Source: Balanoglossus misakiensis (taxonomy: Eukaryota > Animalia > Hemichordata). Taken from it: a stretch of DNA of 64,000 nt. Of this stretch, positions 13,087 to 27,100 are shown one piece after another; within the stretch, counting starts at the first letter, position 1; every line of letters starts with the position of its first letter. Location of the stretch: contig CM082581.2 of the NCBI GenBank assembly GCA_040954595.2, positions 2,348,699 through 2,412,698 on the forward strand, read 5' to 3'. Both the position numbers and the translations under genes were made by a program. Under the pieces are notes generated by a model. That model saw nothing but the letters and a program-made list of their open reading frames with translations, made no database searches and was not told where the DNA came from.

Positions 13087-16000
13087 GATGACACTATGGA
13101 GGTACACGTGTGTAGAATGTTATGATGGTAAGTTCACCTCTTTTCCGAAAGCTCAAGATTTTAAAAAAAATATTTCACAAAACGAAAATTAAATTACATT
13201 TCAGTGATAAAAAATCACATAATACTGATTTTAATGCAAAAATGCCACCTTTGGTGTGAATGTACCAAGCGCGCGATAAATTCCCGCGATAAATACACAC
13301 GTGACCTTTTTACTGTTCAAAATCAAAATGGCTGATGTCGCTCTCGGTCCGTATTCTAAAGAAAGCGAGAAAGATCGCGTCAAGTTGACATTTTCGGAGA
13401 GGAGAAGTGCCTCGCGGAAGCAGTCCAAGGTTGATGGCGGGTACGAACGTGTATCACAACAAACGTGTAAACCGGAACAATGTGAGGAGAAGCTCGAGGC
13501 ACTCTTGGACGTGCACAGAAAAGCGCCCGAGAAACAGAAAATCGTCCAAGGCCTGCTGTATGTTGTACACCAATTGATGGTGAGAAGTGATTTTGATGGA
13601 AAGGTGAAAGGGTATTTACCCTTCAAAGATGCCTATGGACTGTATTGCGGATTTTTTGAAACTCAGCCAACTGAACATGAATTCCGTGACCAACTGCTAC
13701 ATCCTGACCACGTACTCAATGTAACAGTTGTCACACTGGCAGGGTGTAGATATATCATACTCAATAACAGTTTTGTTAGCTTTACTGATTTGTTCGTAGA
13801 ACTAGAACATGCTACAGATCGCAAAGATACTGCAAGATTTCCTTTGACAATCGAATCCCTGCATGATATCATTGCAACCATGGACACAGAGTATGATAAA
13901 TCTGTTGTGAAAGCTGTTCTTTTTGCATCAAACTCAAGAAATGACATGCATATGCTTGGAGTAAAACCAAACAGAGCTGTACAGTTTCTTTCCAAAGTGT
14001 TAGTTTCTGCAGAAGAATTCAAAAATGCCACTGAAGCAGCCCAAGATGTCATTGTTCGTAAGGTGAAGGAAAAGATTAACAAAATAGTACAGCAAATAGA
14101 AGATGTTGATGCCAGACTAGACAGTTGTAGTTTGTCTGATAAAAGAAGAAGTGATCTATGTGCAGAGAGAGATTGCTTGGAAAAACGAAAGCGGGAATTA
14201 GCATTATTGTTAACTCCAGAAGATAAAAGTAGTAGGAGACGAGCCCTGCAATCTAAGAAGCGGATCGCTCAAACATTGCTGGAAGAAAATCGGGTAAAGC
14301 GTAGAAAGCTTGGAGGAGGTGCACCTCGCCTTCTAGATACAGAGGATGAACTTTTCATCGCAAAAGCTGTTGAAGAAAAAAGTACAGCACATGGGCGAAG
14401 ACATAATATTACACTTTACTCTCACCACCGTGTTAAGAAGAGACATTTTCTGTCCCTAGCGAATTACATGCTGCTCCAAAGGGGAAAGAAATTAATCAAA
14501 TCAGCAACAACAGTTCTTAATAGAGGCCGTCCTCGAAATGTACGATCCATACAGGCAAAAGCACACATGGGGAAGTCCTTGTTTTGTGCCAGAAAGCCAC
14601 CAAAGACTGAGCTACATTCAACGGAGTCCACTCATCATCAGAGGGCACATGTGAAGAATGCTAAATTTAATATGTTTAGCGATTCGGAATGGTCAAACAG
14701 CCTTATGATCAGTATGGATGATAAAGCTTACCTAAGACCAGGAAGTGATGGTGAGTAAAATTTTGTTGATTCATGGATTAAGAGCCCAGGACAAGAAACA
14801 GTCCCTTTCCAAACAGTCTCTTCTTTCAAATAGTGAAAAACCCATATGAACTATATATCATTGGAAAGCATGAAGCTGTGTGACATGAAATGTAATCAGT
14901 TTTTGTCTTCTGTTTTGGTTTAATAGTTGGAGCAAGAGATGTTAAGAAAGGTGTAATCTATGATGTTACAAACCCGTAAAAACAGAACAAACTCCCTCAA
15001 CATGATTTTAGTACGCCTGAAGTACATGTCACTCCGACCTCATTCCGCTTCATCTCTGCCAAAACTGTAACTGTTGAAGGTAAGTGTGATTAATGCACTA
15101 GTTTGCTGAATATACTTAGTACAGATATCTAAATTGCCAAATATAAAAATCCAAAACATTGTTCACATATGTACTTCTTGTACACTTGGGAAATGAGTAA
15201 TTTAATATAGGAATTGACCAATCAGAATCAACCTGTCTTTATGAGACCTTTTTACATTATCTCCTAATTTTCTTATTCCCTTATAAGGAAATAAAGAACT
15301 TGTCAATTAAAAGGATCAAACTGTGGTGGTGATTCGACCTAAACATTTCATTGGAAGCAGTGGAAGTGTCTGGGCCTCTGACTACTTGATGTTAAGGTAA
15401 CATTCTAACAATACCAAAGTATGATTAAATTTTGAGTTTTGTATAGTTGTTGAACAGATACATATCCTGCCTTACAAATACTAAGTGTGGAGCTACTTCC
15501 ATACATTTTGGTTTGTAGGAGAGAAGAGCCTGAGCTTTTTGAGAAGCAACAAGGACATTCTTCAAATAACCAGGCTTTGAAGATTTTCTATGCACAAGTC
15601 CATGATACAGTCTTCCACTTTAAAGGTAGGTTTGCTCTGCCACTGAAGCAATTATTATTAAATACCCCAAGTCTTGTTTTTTTGCAAAAATAAATAGTTT
15701 TTGAAACAAGTAGGCAGGACAAGTCAAAACAAAAGTTTTTTTCAGTATTTTTGTTGTGTCTTTCAACTACGCTGGATCCCTGAATCATGATCAAATACCC
15801 AGTGTATAGATTCTCAACACAACCTATATGAATATAATTACCATTGTTATTGTTGTAAATTGTATTCTAATCCAGACTAGAATTCATTTGTCAACAATAA
15901 CAGTGTCATTTCACATATACAGGTTATGTTGAGAGTGAGAATACTAGGCATTTCAGCATGATCTAGAGAAACGTAAAGCTGATATACACAGATCCAAAAT

Positions 16001-17883
16001 ACTGAAAAAAATAGCCGAAGTTACATCTAATGTCCCTTTAATTAATGCATTTTATTGTACCATAGTCCCCTTTGTCAGCTAAAGAGGACAATCCTGTTGG
16101 TGATTATCCATCCTTTAGTTATGCAGTTCAATTCATGCTTTATAACTACTTTTGTTTATAGATACAACTGTACAAGAAGATGTTGAATGTGTGACAACTG
16201 ATCAAAAATGTGTATTTCGCAAATATGAAGGTGACAGGCTGGCTTGGTTGCATCATCATTTGGAGCAGGCATGGACAAGATTGGATGAATATCTGAAAAG
16301 AAGACAGGAGGAGAGTTCATCAGATTTGCTAGAGCCAGTGAAACAGCTTATCCAAAATGCAGAGTCACTGCTGGGAGAAATAAGGTGCATTTGTAAAATT
16401 ATTTAATGAGTTCAGTCATTGGCTCTGTTATCGAACCCTGATGTTGAATATCACAGCAAAACATTACTGTCAGATTTCCCTTTTTGGAAAAATGGAACTA
16501 TCGCTTTTAGTCACTTTTGAATGCTTATCTTATTTGTTATCTTTTACATTTCAGGACCATTAACAAAGATGCCCTTTTTGTTGGTTTGACTGGCTTGATT
16601 GACATATGTGATATTATCATACAGAAGCTCTCTTTTGTTCAAGCACCTATGTATGGCAATATTCTCAAGACGACTGATGCAGGACCAGGTGTTGGTGTCA
16701 GCAATGTGGAAGTGAGATATAGAGATGCTGAACTTATACGAATTCATGGAACTGACCGCATGATACGACTACACAGAGCACCTGGGGATTCTGGTCAAAA
16801 TGAGGCAGAAAGATCAAATGCTGCAATAGGTAAGCAGTAGGGCTACTCCGGAATTAAAATGTTGTGCACAGACTACTGTAGTGTTCCATTGAAAACATAT
16901 GCGCAAGAAGTCATGTGATAACAGTACAAAGATATACGCGTTTGTGAGTGCATACATAGGAGTACATGCATTTCTGTGGACGTTTTACAACACATTGGTT
17001 TGTTTGTACCGTGGTGCATATTTGAAATCCGGTTTTCACCTGTTGTGGAATACTATTCTGTAGCGTATTCATTTGCATATAGGCCTATAGGCCTTATTCA
17101 CTGTCTTTTTATATCAGGCTCTTAATTATTTTGTATTTCTCTTGAAACATAGGAGAAGCTCTTGTTGATGGAACAGCCCTGAAGTGGGATTATCATTAAC
17201 CCTATGAGAACATGACAAGGGATGAAAAAACAGCCTAACAATTGACCAGACAAAAGAACTGGAGAAAACTTGCATGGAGAAAAATGTATGGCATGTGTCT
17301 AAAGAGGTACAGATGAGGATAGATGATGAACCAGGGCCAGCTGGTGATTACATGAAGAGATACATCACTGCTAGAAAAGGTGTAGTGTTAATTCTTGATA
17401 AATACTAGAATGTCTTTTAATGCTGCACACATTCCATGGACTCAAATGTTCACTTCTTTTGGGATTATAAACTAAACTAATTCCATGTTTACCTCTGCTT
17501 TGTTCAACTTCCTTAGGTAAAGCTGTTGCACACATGATATATATTTGAAGAAACAAAACTCAGAAAAGTGGCAAATGTAATACTGCTGTACATGACATTT
17601 CTGCATGTCCATTTTCTTCCAGACAACCAGTTCTTTTTCAACACCAAGTACCTGTCAGCCTGTGCATCGACTAGTTCACATTTAAAAAGAATGGAATTAC
17701 CTGGTCATGGTTATTTTCATCGTCTAGAACAGTTTATGCAGGACCACTTTTATGTTGGTGAAATGTTCTTGGAGTACTTGAAGGGGAGCTGTTTACAGTC
17801 TACTGGTAGAGTATTTCATATTTACATTCATATTTTTTAATTAGTAATATTGTAAATTCTTGACTGTTTTGAAAAACAATCAT

Positions 17884-18104
17884 TAGGGCCCAAGCGCAAG
17901 CAAGCGCTTGGGCCCTATTGGTTTCGTTGGAATTTTTACGGGCCCAAGCCAAGCCAGGCTTGGGCCCGTATTGGTTTCGTTGGGGTTTTTTACGGGCCCA
18001 AGCCAAGCCAGGCTTGGGCCCGTATTGGTTTCGTTGGGGTTTTTCTTTCTTTACGGGCCCAAGCCAAGCCAGGCTTGGGCCCGTATTGGTTTCGTTGGGG
18101 TTTT

Positions 18105-18136
<32 letters not shown>

Positions 18137-21100
18137 TAGGGCCCAAGCGCAAGCAAGCGCTTGGGCCCTATTGGTTTCGTTGGGTTTTTTTACGGGCCCA
18201 AGCCAAGCCAGGCTTGGGCCCGTATTGGTTTCGTTGGAATTTTACTTTCTTTCTTTCTTTATTCTTGTGTCAATTCTTTGACCCACGAGATCTCAGACAC
18301 CGCTGCAGGTACACTTCTGAAACTTGCTACAGTGGTCAAGGTCAATGAGTAGTCGTGCATTGAACCCTTGAATTTTTAATTAGTCACATGACCTGGCGGC
18401 CATCTTGGATTTTCTGAAAAAATGCAAATCTCAGATCTCAGAAACTACAAGTCAGATCGACTTCAAATTTGGCATGCTGGTAGACTACCTTCTTGCAATC
18501 ATTTTTGTAATTGGAAATTATACTGACAAAGTTGCAATTTTTTGCTACAATTTTTATTCTGAAATCTGGCTTAAATTTCAAAAATCTTCTTCTCCAGAAC
18601 CAGTGATAACCGAGTCACGCGGTTTGGGGTATGTGGTCACCTAACTGATGTCTATCAAGTTTGCGAAGATCATTGTGATTGGTTGAAGATTATGGCAGCC
18701 ATATTGGATTTTCGAAAAACCATAGTAAAATTTCAAAAATCTTCTTCTCAAGAACCGGCGATAACTGAGTCACAAGATTTGGTGTGTGTGGTCATTAAAC
18801 AGATGTCTATCAAGTTTGCGAAGAGGAATGTGATTGGTCGAAGATTATGGCGGCCATATTGGATTTTGTGAAAAACGATTAAAAAGTAAAAATTCCCTTT
18901 CTAGCCTTAAAATTGATAGCACAGAAATTCTTTTTACGGATATGAATCATCATATGCCAAGAATAAGCTATAAATATTTTGGTAATTTTGGCAATGACCT
19001 TTGACCTACTTTTGACGCATGATTTTTCTGCATATCTAATTCCAGGCTAACCAATAGGGCTATAAGTTTGGTTTTTGATGTATGTGGATTTGTATGTGAT
19101 CAAAAAATTTTGCTACTTTTCATGACCCCTTTGACCTCTGGTGACCTCATTAAATATGCACATACCTAATTACAGATGAACCAATAGACCTAGAAGTTTT
19201 GTTTTTGTTATACATGGACCAGTATGGGGTCAAAATATTTTGCCCAAATTTTGGGTGACCTCGGGTGACCTTTGACCTACTTTTGCATATCTTGACATCC
19301 ACAGCAGATACAGCCTTGGCGTTTGGAGGTATGGGGCAATAATGAAAAGCCAAAGTTTTGGGTCACCTGTGATACCTGCTTAACTCATTAATTATGTGCA
19401 TACCTAATTCTAGGCTAACCTAAAGGGCTAGAGGTCTGTTTTTTGATGGACATGGACCACTATGGGTCAAAATTTTCTGCCCAAATTTTGGATGACCTCA
19501 GATGACCTTTGACCTACTTTTGCATATCTTGACATCCACAGCAGATACAGCCTTGGCGTTTGGAGGTATGGGGCCATAATGAAAAGCCAAAGTTTTGGGT
19601 CACCTGTGACACCTGCTTAACTCATTAATTATGTGCATACCTAATTCTAGGCTAACCAAAAGGGCTAGAGGTCTGTTTTTTGATGGACATGGACAACTAT
19701 GGGTCAAAATTTTCTGCCCAAATTTTGGATGACCTCAGATGACCTTTGACGTACTTTTGCATATCTCGGCATCCAAAGCAGGTACAGCCTTGTCATTTGG
19801 AGGTATGGGGCCATAATGAAAAGCCAAAGTTTTGGGTCACCTGTGACACCTGCTTTACGCATTATGTATGTGCATACCTAATTCCAGGCTAACCAAAAGG
19901 GCTAGAGGTCTGGTTTTTGTTGGACATGGACCACTATGGGTCAAAATTTTCTGCCCAAATGTTGGGTGACCTTTGACCTACTTAACACTTTAACAGCACC
20001 AAACATACATATAACCTTGATATTTCATGGGATAAAACAGCATTATGTTTCTACTCATTAATTATGTGCATATCTAATATCAGATCAGATAATAGAGCTT
20101 GGGCCCGGACAATGCTGCTTGCAGCTTTAATCTTTCTTTCTTTCTTTCTTTCTTTATTCTCCTGTCCATTTTTTATCGCTCTAGATCTCAGACACCGCTG
20201 CAGGTACAGTTCTCAAACTTGCTACAGTGGTCAAGGTCAATGAGTAGTCGTGCATTGAACCCATGAATTTTTAATTAGTCACGTGACATGGCGGCCATAT
20301 TGGATTTTCTGAAAAAATGCAAATCTCAGATCTCAGAAACTACAAGTCAGATTTACTTCAGATTTGGCGTGCTGGTAGTGTACCCTCTGCCCATCATTTT
20401 TGTAATTGGATATTTTGCTGTCAATGTTGCAGTTTTTTTGCTACAGTTGTTTTTCTGAAATCTGGTCAAAATTTCAAAAATCTTCTTCTCCAGAACCGGT
20501 GATAACCGAGTCACGCGGTTTGGGGTATGTGGTCACCTAATTGATGTCTATCAAGTTTGCGAAGATCATTGTGATTGGTCGAAGATTATGGCGGCCATAT
20601 TGGATTTTTGAAAAACCATAGTAAAACTTCAAAAATCTTCTTCTCCAGAACGGGCGATAACTGAGTCGCAAGATTTGGGGAGTATGGTCACTATACTGAT
20701 GTCTATCAAGTTTGCAAAGACCATTGTGATTGGTCGAAGATTATGGCGGCCATATTGGATTTTGTAAAAAGCAGTGAAAAATTAAAATTCCTTTTTCTAG
20801 TATAAAAATTAATAGCATACAAATTCTTTTTATGGATATCAATCGTCATATGACTACAATATGTTACAAATTTTTGGCGATTTTTCACTTGACCTACTTT
20901 TCACACATTATTATTTCTGCATATCTAATTCCAGGCTAACCTATAGGGCTAGACGTTTGGTTTTTGATGCATGTGGATTAGTGTGTGATCAAAAAAATTT
21001 GCTACTTTTCATCACCCCTTTGACCTCTGCTGACCTCATTAATTATGTGCATAGCTAATTACAGGCGAACCAATAGAGCTAGGGGTTTGGTTTTTGTTGA

Positions 21101-24100
21101 ACATGGACCAGTATGGGGTCAAAAATTTTTGCCCAAATGTTGGGTGAACTCTGGTGACCTTTGACCTACTTTCGCATATCTCAGCATCCAGAGCAGATAC
21201 AGCCTTGGCATTTGGCAGGATGGGAGGTAAATGTAAAGCCAAATTTTTGGGTCACCTGTGACACCTGCTGACCTCATTTAATATGCACATACCTAATTAC
21301 AGGCGAACCAATAGAGCTAGAGTTTTGGTTTTTGTTGGACATGGACCAGTATGGGTAAAAAAAATTGCCCAAATGTTGGGGTACCTCAGGTGACCTTTGA
21401 CCTACTTCACCCTATTTCAGCAGCAAAAATACACACATCCCTGTTATGTCATGAGATATTACATCCGATATTAAATTTTGTTTATTCTCATTCATACTGT
21501 GCATATATAATTCAAGATCAGCGCTTGGGCCCGACAATGCTGCTCGCAGCTTTAATTATTCTTGGTTCACTTCTTTCGCGCTCTAGATCTCAGACACCGC
21601 TGCAGGTACAGTTCTCAAACTTGCTACAGTGGTCAAGGTCAATGAGTAGATGTGCAGTGACTTGTGAATACTTAATTAGTCACGTGACATGGCGGCCATA
21701 TTGGATTTTCTGAAAAAATGCAAATCTCAGATCTCAGAAACTACAAGTCAGATCGAGTTCAGATTTGGCGTGCTGGTAGTATACCCTCTGCCCATCATTT
21801 TTGTAATTGGATATTTTGCTGTCAATGTTGCAGTTTTTTTGCTACAGTTGTTTTTCTGAAATCTGGTCAAAATTTCAAAAATCTTCTTCTCCAGAACCGG
21901 CGATAACCGAGTCACGCCGTTTGGGGTATGTGGTCACCTAACTGATGTCTATCAAGTTGCGAAGATCATTGTGATTGGTCGAAGATTATGGCGGCCATAT
22001 TGGATTTTCGAAAAACCATAGTAAAACTTCAAAAATCTTCTTCTCCAGAACGGGCGATAACCGAGTCACAAGATTTGGTGTGTGTGGTCATTAAACAGAT
22101 GTCTATCAAGTTTGCGAAGGGGAATGTGATTGGTCGAAGATTATGGTGGCCATATTGGATTTTGTGAAAAACGATTAAAAAGTAAAAATTCCTTTTCTAG
22201 CCTAAAAATTGATAGCACAGAAATTCTTTTTATGGATATGAATCATCATATGACAAGAATAAGCTGTAAATATTTTGGTAATTTTGGCAATGACCTTTGA
22301 CCTACTTTTGACGAATCATTTTTCTGCATATCTAATTCCAGGCTAACCAATAGGGCTATAAGTTTGGTTTTTGATGTATGTGGATTTGTATGTGATCAAA
22401 AAATTTTGCTACTTTTCATGACCCCTTTGACCTCTGGTGACCTCATTAAATATGCGCATACCTAATTACAGATGAACCAATAGACCTAGAGGTTTTGTTT
22501 TTGTTATACATGGACCAGTATGGGGTCAAAATATTTTGCCCAAATGTTGGGTGACCTCGGGTGACCTTTGACCTACTTTTGCATATCTCGGCATCCAAAG
22601 CAGGTACAGCCTTGGCATTTGGAGATATGGGGCCATATTGAAAAGCCAAAGTTTTGGGTCACCTGTGACCTCTGCTGACCTCATTTATTATGTGCATAGC
22701 TAATTACAGGCGAACCAATAGAGCTAGAGGTCTGGTTTTTGTTGGACATGGACCACTATGGGTCAAAATTTTCTTGCCCAAATTTTGGGTGACCTCAGAT
22801 GACCTTTGACCTACTTTTGCATATCTCGGCATCCAAAGCAGGTACAGCCTTGGCATTTGGAGATATGGGGCCATAATGAAAAGCCACAGTTTTGGGTCAC
22901 CTGTGACACCTGCTTAACTCATTATTTATGTGCATACCTAATTCCGGGCTAACCAAAAGGGCTAGAGGTCTGGTTTTTTGTTGGACATGGACCACTATGG
23001 GTTAGAATTTTCTGCCCAAATTTTGGGTGACCTCGGGTGACCTTTGACCTACTTTTGCATATCTCGACATCCACAGCAGATACAGCCTTGGCGTTTGGAG
23101 GTATGGGGCCATAATGAAAAGCCAAAGTTTTGGGTCACCTGTGACACCTGCTTAACTCATTATTTATGTGCATACATAATTCCGGGCTAACCAAAAGGGC
23201 TAGAGGTCTGGATTTTGTTGGACATGGACCACTATGGGTCAAAATTTTCTGCCAAAATTTTGGGTGACCTCAGATGACCTTTGACCTACTTTTGCATATC
23301 TCGGCATCCAAAGCAGGTACAGCCTTGGCGTTTGGAGGTATGGGGCCATAATGAAAAGCCAAAGTTTTGGGTCACCTGTGACACCTGCTTAACTCATTAT
23401 TTATGTGCATACCTAATTCCGGGCTAACGAAAATGGCTAGAGGTCTGGTTTTTGTTGGACATGGACCACTATGGGTCAAAATTTTCTGCCAAAATTTTGG
23501 GTGACCTCAGATGACCTTTGACCTACTTTTGCATATCTCGGCATCCAAAGCAGGTACAGCGTTGGCATTTGGAGGTATGGGGCCATAATGAAAAGCCAAA
23601 GTTTTGTGTCACCTGTGACACCTGCTTTACTCATTATTTATGTGCATACCTAATTCCGGGCTAACCAAAAGGGCTAGAGGTCTGGTGTTTGTTGGACATG
23701 GACCACTAGGGTCAAAATATTCTGCCCAAATTGTGGGTGACCCCTGGGTGACCTTTGACCTACTTAACACTATATCAGCACCAAACATAGATATAACCTT
23801 GATATTTTATTGGATAAACACAGCATTATGTTTCTACTCATTAATTATGTGCATATCTAATAATCAGATCAGATAATAGAGCTTGGGCCCGGACAATGCT
23901 GCTTGCAGCTTTAATTCTTTCTTTATTCTTGGTTCATTTCTTTCGCGCTCTAGATCTCAGACACCGCTGCAGGTACACTGCTCAAACTTGCTACAGTGGT
24001 CAAGGTCAATGAGTAGATGTGCAGTGACTTGTGAATACTTAATTAGTCACGTGACATGGTGGCCATATTGGATTTTCTGAAAAAATGCAAATCTCAGATC

Positions 24101-27100
24101 TCAGAAACTACAAGTCAGATTGACTTCAGATTTGGCGTGCTGGTAGTATACACTCTGCCCATCATTTTTGTAATTGGCTATTTTGCTGTCAATGTTGCAG
24201 TTTTTTTGCTACAGTTGTTTTTCTGAAATTTGGTCAAAATTTCAAAAATCTTCTTCTCCAGAACCGGCGATAACCGAGTCACGCCGTTTGGGTTATGTGG
24301 TCACCTAACTGATGTCTATCAAGTTTGCGAAGATCATTGTGATTGGTCGAAGATTATGGCGGCCATATTGGATTTTCGAAAAACCATAGTAAAACTTCAA
24401 AAATCTTCTTCTCCAGAACAGGCGATAACCAAGTCACAAGATTTGGTGTGTGTGGTCATTAAACAGATGTCTATCAAGTTTGCGAAGGGGAATGTGATTG
24501 GTTGAAGATTATGGCGGCCATATTGGATTTTGTGAAAAATGATTAAAAAGTAAAAATTCCCTTTCTGGCCTAAAAATTGATAGCTCAGAAATTCTTTTTA
24601 TGGATATGAACCATCATATGACAAGAATAAGCTATAAATATTTTGGTAATTTTGACAATGACCTTTGACCTACTTTTGACGCATCATTTTTCTGCATATC
24701 TAATTCCAGGCTAACCAATAGGGCTATAAGTTTGGTTTTTGATGTATGTGGATTTGTCTGTGATCAAAAAAATTGGACACTTTTCATGACCCCTTTGACC
24801 TCTGGTGACATCATTAAATATGCACATACCTAATTAAAGATGAACCAATAGACCTAGAGGTTTTGTTTTTGTTATACATGGACCAGTATGGGGTCAAAAT
24901 ATTTTGCCCAAATGTTGGGTGACCTCGGGTGACCTTTGACCTACTTAACACTATATTAGCATCAGATCAGATAATAGAGCTTGGGCCCGGACAATGCTGC
25001 TTGCAGCTTTAATCTTTCTTTCTTTCTTTCTTTATTCTTGGTTCATTTCTTTCGCGCTCTAGATCTCAGACACCGCTGCAGGTACACTGCTCAAACTTGC
25101 TACAGTGGTCAAGGTCAATGAGTAGATGTGCAGTGACTTGTGAATACTTAATTAGTCACGTGACATGGTGGCCATATTGGATTTTCTGAAAAAATGCAAA
25201 TCTCAGATCTCAGAAACTACAAGTCAGATTGACTTCAGATTTGGCGTGCTGGTAGTATACACTCTGCCCATCATTTTTGTAATTGGCTATTTTGCTGTCA
25301 ATGTTGCAGTTTTTTTGCTACAGTTGTTTTTCTGAAATTTGGTCAAAATTTCAAAAATCTTCTTCTCCAGAACCGGCGATAACCGAGTCACGCCGTTTGG
25401 GTTATGTGGTCACCTAACTGATGTCTATCAAGTTTGCGAAGATCATTGTGATTGGTCGAAGATTATGGCGGCCATATTGGATTTTCGAAAAACCATAGTA
25501 AAACTTCAAAAATCTTCTTCTCCAGAACAGGCGATAACCAAGTCACAAGATTTGGTGTGTGTGGTCATTAAACAGATGTCTATCAAGTTTGCGAAGGGGA
25601 ATGTGATTGGTTGAAGATTATGGCGGCCATATTGGATTTTGTGAAAAATGATTAAAAAGTAAAAATTCCCTTTCTGGCCTAAAAATTGATAGCTCAGAAA
25701 TTCTTTTTATGGATATGAACCATCATATGACAAGAATAAGCTATAAATATTTTGGTAATTTTGACAATGACCTTTGACCTACTTTTGACGCATCATTTTT
25801 CTGCATATCTAATTCCAGGCTAACCAATAGGGCTATAAGTTTGGTTTTTGATGTATGTGGATTTGTCTGTGATCAAAAAAATTGGACACTTTTCATGACC
25901 CCTTTGACCTCTGCTGACATCATTAAATATGCACATACCTAATTAAAGATGAACCAATAGACCTAGAGGTTTTGTTTTTGTTATACATGGACCAGTATGG
26001 GGTCAAAATATTTTGCCCAAATGTTGGGTGACCTCGGGTGACCTTTGACCTACTTAACACTATATTAGCATCAGATCAGATAATAGAGCTTGGGCCCGGA
26101 CAATGCTGCTTGCAGCTTTAATTAGGGCCCAAGCGCATACCAGCGCTTGGGCCCTTTTGGTTTCGTTGGGGTTTTTCAGTCTTTCTTTCCTTCTTTATTC
26201 TTGGTTCCATTTTTCGGCCACCTAAATCTCAAAAACTGCAGCACCAACCAGGCTGAAACTTGGTAGGCAGATAGGGGCCAATGAGTAGATGTGCAGTGGC
26301 TCGTGAATATTTAATTAGTCACGTGACCTGGCGGCCATATTGGATTTTCTGAAAAAATGCAAATCTCAGATCTCAGAAACTACAAGTCAGATTGACTTCA
26401 AATTTGGTGTGCAGCTAGTATACCTTATGCCCATCATTTTTGTAATTGGATATTATGCTGTCAATGTTGCAGTTTTTTTGCTACAGTTGTTTTTCTGAAA
26501 TCTGGTCAAATTTTCAAAAATCTTCTTCTCCAGAACCGGCGATAACCGAGTCACGCCATTTGAGGTATGTGGTCACCTAACTGATGTCTATCAAGTTTGC
26601 GAAGATCATTGTGATTGGTCGAAGATTATGGCGGCCATATTGGATTTTCGAAAAACCTTAGTAAAACTTCAAAAATCTTCTTCTCCAGAACGGGCGATAA
26701 CCGAGTCACAAGATTTGGTGTGTGTGGTCATTAAACAGATGTCTATCAAGTTTGCGAAGGGGAATGTGATTGGTCGAAGATTATGGCGGCCATATTGGAT
26801 TTTGTGAAAAACGATTAAAAAGTAAAAATTCCCTTTCTAGCCTAAAAATTGATAGCACAGAAATTCTTTTTATGGATATGAATCATCATATGACAAGAAT
26901 AAGCTATAAATATTTTGGTAATTTTTGCAATGACCTTTGACCTACTTTTGACGCATCATTTTTCTGCATATCTAATTCCAGGCTAACCAATAGGGCTATA
27001 AGTTTGGTTTTTGATGTATGTGGATTTGTATGTGATCAAAAAATTTTGCTACTTTTCATGACCCCTTTGACCTCTGCTGACCTCATTAAATATGCACATA

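Noticed and set aside
17884-18240. Regularly spaced palindromic repeats resembling a CRISPR array
   Set aside because: There are no unique spacers and no cas genes, the context is eukaryotic, and they are explained as stacked HINE heads.
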